64,000 nt of DNA, from the NCBI GenBank assembly GCA_951406725.2, contig OX597834.1, forward strand, positions 8,246,001-8,310,000, in the 5' to 3' direction. Within the stretch, counting starts at the first letter, position 1; every line of letters starts with the position of its first letter. The notes under the pieces were generated by a model that did no database searches, was not told where the DNA came from, and saw nothing but the letters and a program-made list of their open reading frames with translations. This document shows, one piece after another, positions 25,223 through 39,342 of this stretch. The position numbers were made by a program, and so were the translations under genes. The stretch is from Octopus vulgaris. Its lineage: Eukaryota.

Positions 25223-26064
25223 CATGTATATACACATATACATATATACATATGTATACATGTATATATATGTATACATGTATATACATATATTTACATA
25301 CATATACTTATACATATATGTATATATATAAATAAATATATATATAAATATATATACATATACATATATATACATACGCACATATATATATATATATACA
25401 TGGATACATATATATATATATTGATAGATATATATGTACATATGTATGTAAATATATATATATGTGTGTGTGTGCGTGTGTGTGTGTGTGTGTTTGTGTG
25501 TGTGTTTGTATGTGTGTGTGTGTGTGTGTGTGTCTATGTACATATACAAGTATATAAGTTCACAATGGCTTTGACATACAGTCATCGAACGTATTTGCAT
25601 CAGTGAAGACAAATTCATTTCACGTTATGATATTGTAGCAAGGATGGTAAAAAAAAAACACAACATAAAGCAAAGAAAAGTGGCTTATTGCTAAAGGATA
25701 CGTATGTTGTATCTGTCTCTCAGCCACGTCTATTTCTCGTTCTATTCATAGCATGGCTCTGGAAAATCGTTAATGTCTTTGTAATATTCCGTACAGGCTT
25801 CCATTTATGTTGCAAGCCTAAGCATTTTTTTCCCCGTTTCCAAAAATAGAACAAAATTAAAAGAAAACACTTCGTTGCTTTAAATATCATTTCATAATAA
25901 CAACTGTAATTGCATTTTCTGAGCAATGGAAATATTTGTTCATGTAAACTGAAAACTGGAAATGTCAAAACAAGAACATCACTACACCGTTCTTACTTGT
26001 TTTTCGTTGTATTTTTATTTATTTCCCTCACGTTACATTATCTGGAGACTCCGTGATACAAACA

Positions 26065-26147
<83 letters not shown>

Positions 26148-26369
26148 ATGGTGGTGTTGTGTATACATATGTATATTTTATGCATGACAGGTAGACAAAC
26201 ACTCATTGTCAGGGTTTGACATTGATTATAAACTTGACTGTTGTTCATGTGTCAGGTACACACATACCCCCTCACACACATACAAACAGATGTATATTTA
26301 CCTATTTACATATATATACATATACATATATATATACATACATATATATATATACATACATATATGTAA

Positions 26370-26423
<54 letters not shown>

Positions 26424-28153
26424 TACTTTGTCTATATATATAACGTTACTTATGCTTCGCATACTAACGTATTATATAGAACGATATATGCATACACAAA
26501 TGCATAAGTATGTATTGATATATTCACAGATACACATAAGTACAGATTTATATACACAAGAGTAATTCTCTGTATGTATGTAATTATATCTATAAGTATC
26601 AGTCCCAATGTGTGCCTCTTCGGGCAAGTGTTTCTACTAAACGGAAACTGATAGGAAGGCTGTCGTGTATATATATATATATATATACATATACGTTTAT
26701 ATATATGTTGTGCAAAATGACCATTCCGAAATATAACAAAATATATATATATATATATATATACATGTATATATATGTATAAATATATATAAATATAAAT
26801 ATATATACTTATATATATATTTATATAGATATACACACACATATATATGCATGCATGCATAGATAGATAAACAGGCACACAGACAGTTAAAGAGATAGAC
26901 AGAAGACAGACAGGCAGATAGATAGATAGACAGATAGATAGGTGCATCTTGTATCTTTGTACATGTATGTGTGTGTTTGGCTTTGCATAAATAGTTTTAT
27001 TGTTTCGTATTTAGCACACGCCAAGCCCTCAACGGCCTGTTGGTATTTGAATTGTTTGAGAACACGTGAAATATCTTACATCGCAATAATAATAATTATG
27101 CATTAGCAAAGTAAGGTAGCAATGCTTTTGTTTTCCTTTAGACAACACTAGACAGATAATTTGCAGTTTTTTTGGCCCTCTTTAATAATGGGTCTCTTTG
27201 TGGTTCGTGGCCTGTTGTACGAGGTCCACATAATTTCACAGTCAGTACACTGTAAAATTGTTGTGGGTTTTCATTTGTAGTTTGTTTGTACATTTGCTCT
27301 GATCATAGTTCTCTTCTATTCATACGCCTTTCCACGATAACTGTCTCGTAATAGTCCTGACATTAACATATCTTTGACTACGTTATCAACTATCATCTTT
27401 TATTGTCTAATTTTATATCGAAATCATGAGAAGGTATGATATGAGGAAATTTTAACTGGAATGCGGAAATTTGTATATGTGGAAATTTTAACTTACAGAA
27501 ATAAAGTGGGTCTTTTCTCACTTTTGCTAACAATGTTGATTATGATCTTTGGTGTTATGGCATTATATCGAACTCGCAGCGATAGGATGTTACGCAAGTA
27601 GCAGGAAACGAAAGTCTATTTTCTCAGTTCAATGTTGGAGAATTTCGCGATGTACCTAACTACATTCCTCACTAATATATGTTAAATATTTTATACCATG
27701 TTACATTACGTCAATAGTGTTACATATGCATCGGCACATATTCATTTCAAATGTTGGTACAAGGCTACCAATTGCGGAGGAGAGTGTAATTACACGGACC
27801 TGAGTGCTCTGTAAGGATGGAAACCATAGTCAGCCACAGGCGACTTTGATGTCAGAATGTAAAGACGAACGAAATGCCGCTATGCTTTTTGCCCGGCTTG
27901 CTAAAATTTCTGCGTTCTTACCGTTTTCTCATAAGCACATATTAATATGCGTTTCTTCATAACATTTTGTAAGTAGAGTAAATTAACATTTAATTACATT
28001 TCTATATTTGTAATCACAACTTTATGAATTGTATTATCCGCCGACAAGTACAATGGTTTTTCTGCAAAACGTTTCTACAGATTTCTATTCATACCACCGG
28101 CGACCTCAGTATCCTTACGCACACATACAAATCTCTAAAATAAATTCAAACAT

Positions 28154-28315
28154 TGGCGAGGAGTGGTTCTGTGGTAAGTAGCTTGCTAACCAGCCACATG
28201 GTTCCGAGTTCAGTCCCACTGCGTGCCATCTTGGGCAAGTGTCTTCTGCTATGGCCCCGGGCCGACCAATGCCTTGTGAGTGGATTTGGTAGACAGAAAC
28301 TGAAAGAAGCCTGTC

Positions 28316-28375
<60 letters not shown>

Positions 28376-28580
28376 TTGTGTGTCTGTGTTTGTCCCACTA
28401 GCATTGCTTGACAACCGATGCCGGTGTGTTTACGTCCACGTCATCTAGCGGTTCGGCAAAAGTGACCGATAGAATAAGTACTGGGCTTACAAAAGAATAA
28501 ATCCCGGGGTCGATTTGCTCGACTAAAGGCGATGCCCAGCATGGCCGCAGTCAAATGACTGAAACAAGTAAAAGAGAGAC
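28154..28580 (+). mobile_element. SINE family B, full length
   Basis: Collinear with other B copies. Confidence 0.9.
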
Positions 28581-28583
28581 AAA

Positions 28584-28620
<37 letters not shown>

Positions 28621-30289
28621 AATAGTAATGCAATACGAGAGTATTGCTTTCTAGTAAAGCATAGCCCGTGTAACATCTGTTTTCTATTCTCTAACTATGG
28701 ATTTCATTGTCAAATGGAAAACGCGACAGTTTAAAGACCTGAAATATTTTGGCGAAAGCAAATAGTGATACAAAATTATAAAAATGTCCTCGCTGAAATT
28801 TTCCTATTTAAATGAAATGCTAAAATTTGCCAAGCTGCTGTACTTCCGTTGACACTGCATGTTTTGTTCAATAGTCTTAGAAATAATGATATAGCATTTC
28901 TTTATGATGCGCATTTATCAATATCAAAGAGGACATAACAAACATTGAAGGCCTTCAGGTATTTTATATTGCAACAATAAATAATCCATGATACGGTTTG
29001 ATATTGAGGTCATCCAAAAGCTACTTGGCATTATATTTCGTCCAATGATTTATGATATCCAAAAGCATATAAAGCAACCTCATAAATTCGATCTCAATAA
29101 TCTTAATATCCTCTTACCCGCCTTGCCCCCTCAATATTGACACATTGATTTCTCACTTATTTTCCTTCCCTCTAAACAGTCCCTGTCACAAATCAGTAAC
29201 GGTGCCCCGTAGAATTAATTTCCTTCTTTTTCTCATCGTTATTTTATGCTACCATTAATACCAAACGTAGGCTTGCTGATATTTCTAGCGTTATTATTAT
29301 ACAACAACACTAATCGTAAATTTCAGAGTTGATATCAATGGGAAGGTGCGTAAAATGTTATTACATGTTGCATAAAAATAGTATAAAAGTGTTTGATTAG
29401 GTGTCTGAATAAAACACTTTATTCTTCATTATCTCAGCTTATGCAAGTTTCGAGAATACACATATGATGATGCGAGACGGTTATCTGTTAAAATCAAGAT
29501 ACATGTAACCCATCCTCTCCTTGCGATATACGTCGAGGCCCGAAAGCCATCACAGTGACTGAAATGCAACACGAGGACATTGGTTTGTTTCATACACTGT
29601 TGATCAATATGATATAACCATACTGATTAAAAAACGAGGGCGTGTATCGATAAAAATAAATGTTTGTTTGAACGAGAGCTAAAATTATTATTATTTGCAT
29701 GTTTCTTCTTAAGACGTCTAAGCCTACTTTGACCCAAAAATACTAGTCACTGTTGTGTCAGCAAAGGGCGAAAAACTGTTACTATGACGGTTGGTTCAAA
29801 AGATTCGATTCCTTAGCGCGTTATTTTGGTGTCCGGTGTCTCGTCTATAGTTCTGGTTGAGGAACTCTATGTTTTACAAATAACAGACGGAGAAATATAT
29901 CTCTCATATTTTTCTCTCTTACACTATCAATTCATTGGTCAAGGTTATTCCCCTTAAAATATAATATTTTTCGTGCATAAGCGTATACCTTTATAGACGT
30001 AGGTGCGTGCTAGTAGCAGTATTTCGTAATTTGCTTAAATATTATGCATTTCCAGTTTAATTAAGCAGATATGTCATCGTAGATACAGAAAATTAGCATT
30101 TTGTACAAAAAAGCGCTTCTTGTGACCTTTCTTTTTAAGGCTATTGATAAACAACCAACTAACCAAAAAATAATTCCCTCGAACTATCAAGGATAACCCC
30201 AAGTGTAAAATGAAAGCATGTACCTTATATATAACAACTAAAGATCCATTAATTTGCACAAAATAAAATCAATATTATTATCCTGAATT

Positions 30290-30680
30290 AAGTGGGCGAG
30301 CTGGCAGAATTGTTAGCACGTCGGACGAAACGCTTAGCGGTTCCGGGTTCAAATCCGCCGAGGGAGTCTTTGCCTTTCATCCTTTCATGGTCGATAAATT
30401 AAATACCAGTTACACACTGGGGTCGATGTAATCGACTTAATCTCTTTATCTGTCCTTACTTGTCCCCTCTATGTTTAGCCCCTTGTGGGAAATAAGGAAA
30501 GAAGAAATAAGAATCGCTAGCACGCCGGGCAAAATGTGTAGCGGCATTCAAATTATGTTGAAGTCGACTTTGCCTTTCATCCTTTCGGGGTCAATGAAAT
30601 AAATACCAGTTGAGTACTGGGGTTGATCTAATCGACTTGCCCTCTTCTCCGAACTTGCTGGCCTTGTAAAAAATTGGAAC
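30290..30680 (+). mobile_element. two tandem SINE family C copies
   Basis: GCCTTTCATCCTTTC domain at about 30372 and 30572. Confidence 0.8.
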
Positions 30681-32079
30681 ACAATATTATAGGCCTGAAT
30701 GTCTCTAACATATTGCATGTTTACTGTTGGATTGCATTTCTCCACCAATCGGTTCTTCACGTTTCACCTTAAATCAACATAAATAATATTAAAACTAATA
30801 TTATTGGTAAGCAAAAATGTACGATATTAACAGTAACGACTGGCACTCTTTCATCTTGGAATTTAGAGAGTATGTATTATTTTGTATTCGCAGAAACAAT
30901 AAAACACGTGACATAGCGGAGGTTATGGGAAAACCATTAATTCTCTGAATTTGAAAACTCCCTGGGAATTAAATTCAGTTTCATTTCTTTGGGATAAAAG
31001 TATATTTGCTTCACTCGCACGATAAAACAATTCACATATCTTTCATCTGAAGCTAGTAGCAAGAGCTAACTTAATAATGACAGTTATTGTCCAAGTAAGA
31101 TGAAAATATGTAAGAACACTTTATTCGATAACGTGACCAATATTCTTTTTTACCTCTTGGGAAAGTAATTAATGTTTTCCCATTATCTCTCGTAATAAAT
31201 ACTTGACAGCTCTGGTGAGTGAAAGCCTACAGCTATCCTCTGTGTGGATTGCTTTAAAGAACCTTCCTTTTAAAATAAAAAGAAAAATAATTGTGAATAC
31301 AGCGATTTGGCAGAACATTTAAAAATTTGAATTAACTGACGACATTTTAATCGCTTATATCACCTACGATCAGGCTTCTGAAATCCATGAGGCTTCGATA
31401 TTAGTTTTCATTACTTCTCATTTATGGAATCCATTCGATGATATTGAATCCATCGAAACAAAATTTCAGCAGTGAAAAAAAATTGACTTGTACCTAAGTT
31501 GATAAACTTACGTTTATTATAATACATTCTTTAGTGTTGATAAACCTTAGTTTATTATAATGCCTACTTTAGTGAGAATTGAATATCGAACGAGATATCA
31601 TTACTTCGAATTTTATGTAGAATATATAATATGTTTTTTAGGTATTTTGATAGGTTTCTGTATTTTCTTCTTTGCTTTCCGAAAGTATCGGACAATAAAG
31701 ATTTAATTTATCTCCAGGTATCCGCATACTCATTGTTCGTTTGAATTAAACATGATTGTTTAGAATTATTTTATTCACTCCAGATTATCTCGCATAAATG
31801 CGTAACATAAATCCCTATTCAGCATCGATTATACAAATTTGTCAAACCTCGTAGATAAAACAGTGAAATATACTCCAAAGCAAACCCTATCATCACTCAA
31901 GAAAGAATAAAAACAGAAACATCGATGTTGATAATATATAAAAACATATTCGGGATGTTTTTCATCGATCTTTCGGAAGAACCGAATGGAAAATGTGGTC
32001 ATCAAAAATGTTAGATGTTATAAGTTTGAAAATCTTACTTGTCTCTATTTAATAACGCAAGTACTACTACAAACACCAT

Positions 32080-32300
32080 ATCATGGCGAACTGGAAGTCG
32101 TTAAATTATCGACGTCACTGCTACTCGATAATTTTCTAAATCACTGCATTCTAATTTCAAATCTTACAAGGAAGTACAAATGTAATCCGCAGGGATAATC
32201 TCACTGCTTAGTATATCGGAAAAAATTAGCAGATCACACACAATGTAGCAGGTATTCTAAACAAAACCGACGATATCAGCTTCATTCCAAGCCCTGGGGT
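32080..32300 (+). pseudogene. possible ancient RTE-type RT fragment
   Basis: Only ..ISLLSISEK.. (about 32197-32223) resembles the RT motif RGISLLSxxxK; heavily decayed. Confidence 0.3.
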
Positions 32301-33769
32301 CAGGTGTTCTGTACTGTGTCATGGAAGTTGCTTTCCCAAATTGAAAACAATATCAAATATAAATCTTGACTTTTACATTTTAAGACGGAATACGAAATAT
32401 TTTCGACGTTCATTCCAGAAGATGTGTATTAACTGAACGGAATATGTACTATAATATTCAGTCGTCTCCAAGGAATTTTGTTCTTGTCGTGTTTTATTTT
32501 ATTCTTGAACTTCATGTTCTAGTTTCTATAATACCTGCCTCTTTGGAGGACAATTAACGGAATACGTGATCAAGAATGGAAAAAATGAAAGAAAAAAAAA
32601 GAAAAGAAAAGAAAATCCAATCGCTGAAACTGATTTTCATGTGAGTCTATGAAATAAAGGCAATGAGCTGTCAGAAACATCGGCACGCCAAACAAAATCG
32701 TTGGTGGCATTTCTACAGACCTTGCCATCTCCGTTTCAGCACCGCCCCGTAGACTTGGCTTTGTAGCCTTTCGTGGTCGATTAAATAATTACCTCTTGAG
32801 CACTGGGGTCGATGTTATTGACTGGTCCCCACTGCTCTAAAACTGCAGCCCATGTGCCTAGAGAAAAGGAAATGAATTTAGTAGATACCAAGAATTATAC
32901 TGATATTTGCGCTTACCACTTTTGTGAACATTATCGTTTTATATGCGGTTGTTATTTTCTAAATATTACTATAAATTATTTCGACATTTATGTAGACTCG
33001 ATTTAAATTTTCCCCACGTTTTTCTATGTCTAGCTGGATAGAATCTAACCAGTCACTTTTCAAAGTTATGGCATCTGAGTCATATATGTTATTTTGGATT
33101 TTGCCATATCTCTCTTGTATTATATGGAACACGCATTTTGATTCAGTTTGTTTTCATAATTGTTTTGTAGCTAAATTATTAGTGAACTAAAAGTCTCAAG
33201 CAACGCAGATTTCACCTCTGAAACAAATAAGTGCTTAAATTCCTATGGTTATTTTATATCCACTAAAAATGAAATATTTTACCTTACCTATGAAATAACT
33301 GCAGTTTATAAAAAATTTCTCAATGACACTTTCTCATCTTAGTTTATTAGTTTTCACTACCCAATTCCACATAGTTTTTATTTAGGGTGCATTAAAAAAA
33401 ATTCATCTTTCACAAGTACCCATTGTTTTAAGAGAGTTGAAGAAAATAACTCACCGCAATAAAAATGTTAGGTAATGTTTTATATCTCTTATAACAAATC
33501 TGATCTCTGAAGTTTATAAGTTAACACAAATACACTGGGGTATCACCATTTTTCAAATAAATAACGATGCTTATGGCAGCGCCGAGGCTATAGTCCATCA
33601 CAATTGTATATTGTAAATTCATGGTTACATACCCAGGTAACTGGTCTTTTGCATAGAGTGATATACAAGATAAATAACGCTCTTTATACGTAATTTTATT
33701 GTTGCCTGTTCTTCTTACAAATGTTTCCAATAAACACCATAGGTATGTTCATTGATCTCATTACTCACT

Positions 33770-34162
33770 GTGGAGGGGCAATGGCCCAGTGGTTAGGGCA
33801 GCGGACTCGCGGTCATAGGATCGCGGTTTCGATTCCCAGACCGGGCGTTGTGAGTGTTTATTGAGCGAAAACACCTAAAAGCTCCACGAGGCCCCGGCAG
33901 GGGATGGTGGCGATCCCTGCTGTACTCTTTCGCCACAACTTTCTCTCACTCTTACTTCCTGTTTCTGTTGTACCTGTATTTTAAGGGGTCGGTCTTGTCA
34001 CTCTCTGTGTCACGCTGAATATCCCCGAGAACTACGTTAAGGGTGCACGTGTCTGTGGAGTGCTCAGCCACTTAAACGTTAATTTCACGAGCAGGCTGTT
34101 CCGTTGATTCGGATCAACCGGAACCCTCATCGTCGTAACCGACGGAGTGCTTCCATCCATCC
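33770..34162 (+). mobile_element. SINE family A with 11-bp TSD
   Basis: CATTACTCACT at 33759-33769 and 34163-34173; TCCA-repeat tail. Confidence 0.92.
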
Positions 34163-35120
34163 CATTACTCACTCGATATGTGTGTGTCTGTCTGTCTTTC
34201 TTCCTGTCTCTATGTATGTGTGTATGTGTGTATTTGTGTGTGTATGTATATTTGCATGTATATGTGTCCATAGATAATAGATGGAGAAAGAAAGAGAGCG
34301 AGAGAGCTTTGTAAATATGTAGGTAGGTAGATTGATATTCACATGCACACGGACGTGCATACAATAACGTATGTGATGTGAGTAACGAATAGCATGAAGA
34401 TAACATGATAAATAACTTCTAGTAACTCGTTTCTATACGGAAGTGGTTACATCAACTGCAAAAGGAAAGCCATCAGCGACATATTTTCTCTGAATTCCAT
34501 TCGAAAAGATTTTCACATGCATCTAGGCTGATATCACACGTATTTTATTTTCAATTAATTTTGACTCCGTTTACAAGCTGAACGAAACAATACGAGTTAT
34601 GATTTTGAAACCCAAACAAATATGGCTGCTAACCTCTGCTGTATCGTATATTGCCATCTCTTACTGATGAATAAGATATGAGCTTATAAAAGAGAAGCCG
34701 TTTAAAGTAGAACAGGCATTGTGGCTGACGTTGAATGGTGACGAACTGAAATTCTATACGTTCCTTCGAAGATCGGAACAAGCTTCCGAATAAATTCAGG
34801 ACAGCAAGCGTCGTTATTGTAACTCAAACAATACGTATATTCGTACGTACATACGTACATACATACATTCAGGCAAACATCCACGTTTGTGTGTGTGTGT
34901 CTGTCCGTGTATACATGCAAGAACGTACATAATTTTTGTTCGAAGTGGTGGGATTTTACATCGTTATTCCAGCACGGGGTTTTAAACCAGGGCTGGTCCA
35001 TTTGTTGTATGATTGAGTTTTAAACAGCTGCTCTCATATTTACTTATTGCCGGAACTTTAGTACTTCTTGTATCGTGCGAAGGACAATGCCCAGTTCTTT
35101 TTTAAAATAATACCGACATT

Positions 35121-35548
35121 CAGGCGCAGGAGTGTCTGTGTGGTAGGTAGTTTGCTTACGAACCACATGGTTCAGGGTTCAGTTCCACTGCGTGGCACCT
35201 TCGGTAAGTGTCTTCTACTATAGCCTCGGGCCGACTAAAGAATTGTGAGTGGATTTGGTAGACAAAAACTGAAAGAAGCCCGTCGTATATATGTATATGT
35301 ATATATATATATATGTATGTGCGTGTTTGTGTGTCTGTGTTTGTCCCCCCAACATCGTTTGACAACCGATGCTGGTGTGTATACGTCCCCGTAACCTAGC
35401 GGTTCGGCAAAAAGGGACCGATAAAATAAGTACTAGGCTTACAAAGAATAAGTCCTGGGTTTCGATTTGCTCGACTAAAGGTGGTGTTCCAGCATGGCCA
35501 CAGTCACATGACTGAAACAAGTAAAAGAGAGAGAGAGAGTAAAGAGTA
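35121..35548 (+). mobile_element. SINE family B, full length
   Basis: Collinear with other B copies. Confidence 0.9.
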
Positions 35549-35551
35549 TTC

Positions 35552-36350
35552 ACATTGTGCAGGATACCTCATTCTTTCGGTAGAGTAGTGAAGCTCTTTG
35601 CACTTTTGAAACTCTTGGAGTACCTGGTTTTCCCTTTCAATGGGATGGACGATACCTTTGGTATTACTCAATGGTTGTCAGTTCAGTTTTCTCTATAACA
35701 GTTGATCCAGAAATTAGGAACCGACTCTTCAAGAAATTTCCTTTTGCGCATTTCTACTTAATGCTCGCGTCCTCGATCCAAGGAGTAAATTCGCGTATTT
35801 CTTGTGGCAACTGGTAGCTCATTTATGAACGTTTTTGTGTTGAAACGTCGGGTAAAACCCGTTATTAACTTGACACAATATGGTGACCCCAGCTAATATA
35901 ACTATCCCAGGGAGCTGACAATAAATATCTTCCGCCATGTCTTATTACCCTGACTAGAAAGACCTATGAATTCCGCCGGTTGTCTGCTCTTTGTTGCCAT
36001 CATGGTAATGTGCATATGAAATGATGCATCATTATACTTGCAGACCTCCAAGTCACTGTCTATCTGTGGTTTGCAGTGACTTCGGATACTGTATATAAAT
36101 GTTGTGGTGCATTTTCAGCTAAATGCTGTGTGCTTGACCTTTTCTATCATAAAATTACATGCTGTTTAGTTCAACTCACTTGTATATTGTATCTAGGTGT
36201 CTCTAGAACCTCGCTATATTGTCAACGTACTTTACTGACCGCAATATTTTTGTATCATCGGCGTATCTAGAGACAGTGCTTGTATAAGTGTACTCGGGAA
36301 TGTCTAAGCGACCTATCATGTACAGCAATTGCCCTAAGGACGAATTTCTG
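35552..36350 (-). mobile_element. decayed CR1/L2-group LINE RT fragment
   Basis: Manual translation SSLGQLLYMIGRLDIPEYTYTSTVSRYADDTKILRSVKYVDNIARF*RHLDTIYK (YADD motif near 36265), later NDASFHMHITMMATKSR; similar to 58975-59900. Confidence 0.75.
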
Positions 36351-36419
36351 TTATCTTAGAGAGGGTCCCATTGGCTGCAACTTCCTAAATCCTATCTTTT
36401 CCGAAGCCATATAGCAACT

Positions 36420-36525
36420 TTCCTTGCTTATCAGACACACATATACACATAGTTACAAACGAACATGCATATATATATACACGCATGCATACGTACATAC
36501 ACGTATGCATACATACATACATACA

Positions 36526-36558
<33 letters not shown>

Positions 36559-36950
36559 GAGCATATACGTACATACATACACACATAGATACATATATGC
36601 ATACATGCATATATAATGCTTGCATACAAACATAATTACATACATAAATACCTACATGCATGCGTACATAGATAATATATACATACATGCATATATAGAT
36701 GCATACACACATACATGCATACTTAACACATGCATGCATATATAGATGCATACACACATATGCATACATAAAACATACATATATATAGATGTATACATAC
36801 ATGCATACATACGCACATGTATACATACATGCATACACACACAAAACATACACACATATATATATACACGCATACATGCATACATACAAAAATGCATACT
36901 CACATACATTCACGCACACATACACTACATATTCATACACACAAACATAC
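36420..36950. repeat. (CATA)n-type degenerate microsatellite
   Basis: Directly visible. Confidence 0.9.
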
Positions 36951-37390
36951 AGAGGCCCTTTTTTGAATAGCAGATTTGCAAGCACATATAAACCCATAAA
37001 TAAAAGCATATACATGTTGGACTGAAAAACACTTTATGATAGAAAATCCGAATGCTCACAGTGGGATGTTACCTCGGCCCAACAGCTGAACATCTGTCAT
37101 CTCTACAGGAACAACTGGTTCGTATCTCAAGTTTTGCCATCGGATGTGCCAGCCGAATTTTCTTATTAATAACAGAATATCTGCATGCTTTGCCTTATAG
37201 ATTTATATTTACTTTGTGGTCCACTATACAAAGATTGGTGAAACAAAAACAAACAATAAAATATTTTTTTACCTTCTCTTGAATCTGTAAAATTCTTCTT
37301 CAATAACAGCCTACAAATATTACGGAAATGTACTTGCATAGCAAGTGATTTGATCTGAGATCGTGTGCTGAAACGAAAACAATTGCAGCA

Positions 37391-37638
37391 TGGAAGGTGT
37401 TTATAAGCCATTTAAGAATCATACAAAGGCCGGTCGATTTACTTCAACATTTAAGTTTAATTTGTCAAAATATTTTCGTCGCTTTAAGACCGCAACCTGT
37501 TCACTGCAGCACGGATTTTTGTCAGTGAAAAGGTCGCGGTCTTAAAGCGACGAAAATATTTTGACAAATTAAATTTAAATGTTGAAGTGAATCGAACGGT
37601 TTTTGTGTGTTTCTTAAATGGCTTACAAACACCTTCCA
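37391..37638. repeat. imperfect hairpin, ~116-bp arms, 16-nt loop, with a hammerhead-shaped motif in each arm
   Basis: 37391-37506 is the reverse complement of 37523-37638 with scattered mismatches. Confidence 0.85.
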
Positions 37639-37939
37639 GCCTACAAATACAAATAGACAAAAGCACATAGTGACAGGCACACGACGTGTAATATATACAC
37701 ACATATATATATCCACGGATATACGAAGTGGTGTTCTTCTCTTTGGATAAAAGAAAATGCAGTATGATCAGTTAATTATGATTGTAGTCAACGTATTCCC
37801 CTCTCTGATTCACACATTTATTGCAGTCGTCCTTCAGGTTTTCTAAGCCTTGTAATGGAACTTGGAATGTTGAGCCACCAGTTAGGCTTTTCGTGACCCT
37901 CTTAAAGTCAGTAGCATTTCAAAACCCCTTCGTATATAT

Positions 37940-38336
37940 ATTCTTTTACTCTATTGTTTCTAATCATTGAACAGTGGCCATGCTTGGGCACCGCCTTGAC
38001 GGATGTTTAGCCAAACTAATCGATCCTAGGATTTATGTTTTTAAACCTAGTACTTATTCTATCGTTCTCTTTAGCTACAACGCTTGCTATTGCCCCGTAA
38101 AGACACCAACACCGGGGGACACGAATGCAAACACGCAGACATACACACAAACACAAAACATGCACACATGTATGTATAAACTGTTGGATTCTTTCAGTAT
38201 CCATCTACAAAATCATTTCACAAGGTTTCGGTCGGCCCAGAAATATAGTAGAAGAGACTTTCCCAAGGTGCCACGTAGTGGAACGAACCCGAAACCATGT
38301 GGTAGGAAAGCAAGCTTCTCACAACACAGCCACGCC

Positions 38337-38340
<4 letters not shown>
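37940..38340 (-). mobile_element. degenerate SINE family B
   Basis: GGCCATGCT, CTAGTACTTATTCTATCG, CCCAAGGTGCCACGTAGTGG and ACACAGCCACGCCTG blocks. Confidence 0.75.
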
Positions 38341-38383
<43 letters not shown>

Positions 38384-38860
38384 TTGTATATCTACGTGTG
38401 TATGGTGCATGTATGTATATGTCCCTGTCTTTGTTTCTGTAAACATAATGGCAGATTTGCGTATAAATTTAGGTATTTATTCCATTTCTATTTAGTCTCA
38501 CAGAGTTGCGAGAGCAGGGATTTATCGTAATTTAGATAGAGAAAATTGTCAGGAAAACGTTAAGATTGTTGCAGTAGTAGTTTTGCTAAAATGTGGATAT
38601 GTTGCCAATTATTTTGGCAAGGCACCAATCTTCTGTAAGCTACAAATAAAAATTTTAAAAATCGGTATTCTTAATGTCTTTCAGCTTATAATGCCATCGT
38701 TAACGAAAGATCGATTTTTCTCTCGCTTCTCTCTTATTACTCACCTTCTTTCTTTCTTTCCTCCTCTCTCAATCTTTCAATCTTTTTCGGTTTCTTTCAC
38801 TTAGTGTTTATTTGTCTTCAACTCCGTCTCTCTCTCTGTTAGTCTGTCTTTCTTTGTATG

Positions 38861-38899
<39 letters not shown>

Positions 38900-39342
38900 C
38901 ATTCTCTCTCCCTGTCTCTTTCTCACATTTTCTCACACGCATTGCTGGAATTCGAAATTTGCAAATTGTCCGTTCATATTTCTATTTATAGATCTACGTA
39001 AATACGTCAATGCGCTTATGTGTACGTATCTGTGAAATATATGCGCATCACATTATAAAACCATCATCACTGCCACCACCACCAGCACCACCAGCACCAC
39101 CACTACCACCATCGTCGCCATCATGATCACCATCAGCATCATATTTTCAGTAGTTTCGTTTGAACACCATCAGGTGCAGCTCCACGTTTCCGAGGTGTGT
39201 GTTGCATTGTGTTCTGTGAACATAAAATCGTAGAATATGCGCTGTGTGACGTGTTATGTTATCAGATAGAGATTGCGTAGCGTATGCGCTATGTGAGTTA
39301 TGTTATAGAGTCATGCGTCGATTTTATTGTGTATGACTTAAG

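Noticed and set aside
31499-31574. 38-bp imperfect tandem duplication
   Set aside because: Only two copies; ordinary local duplication.
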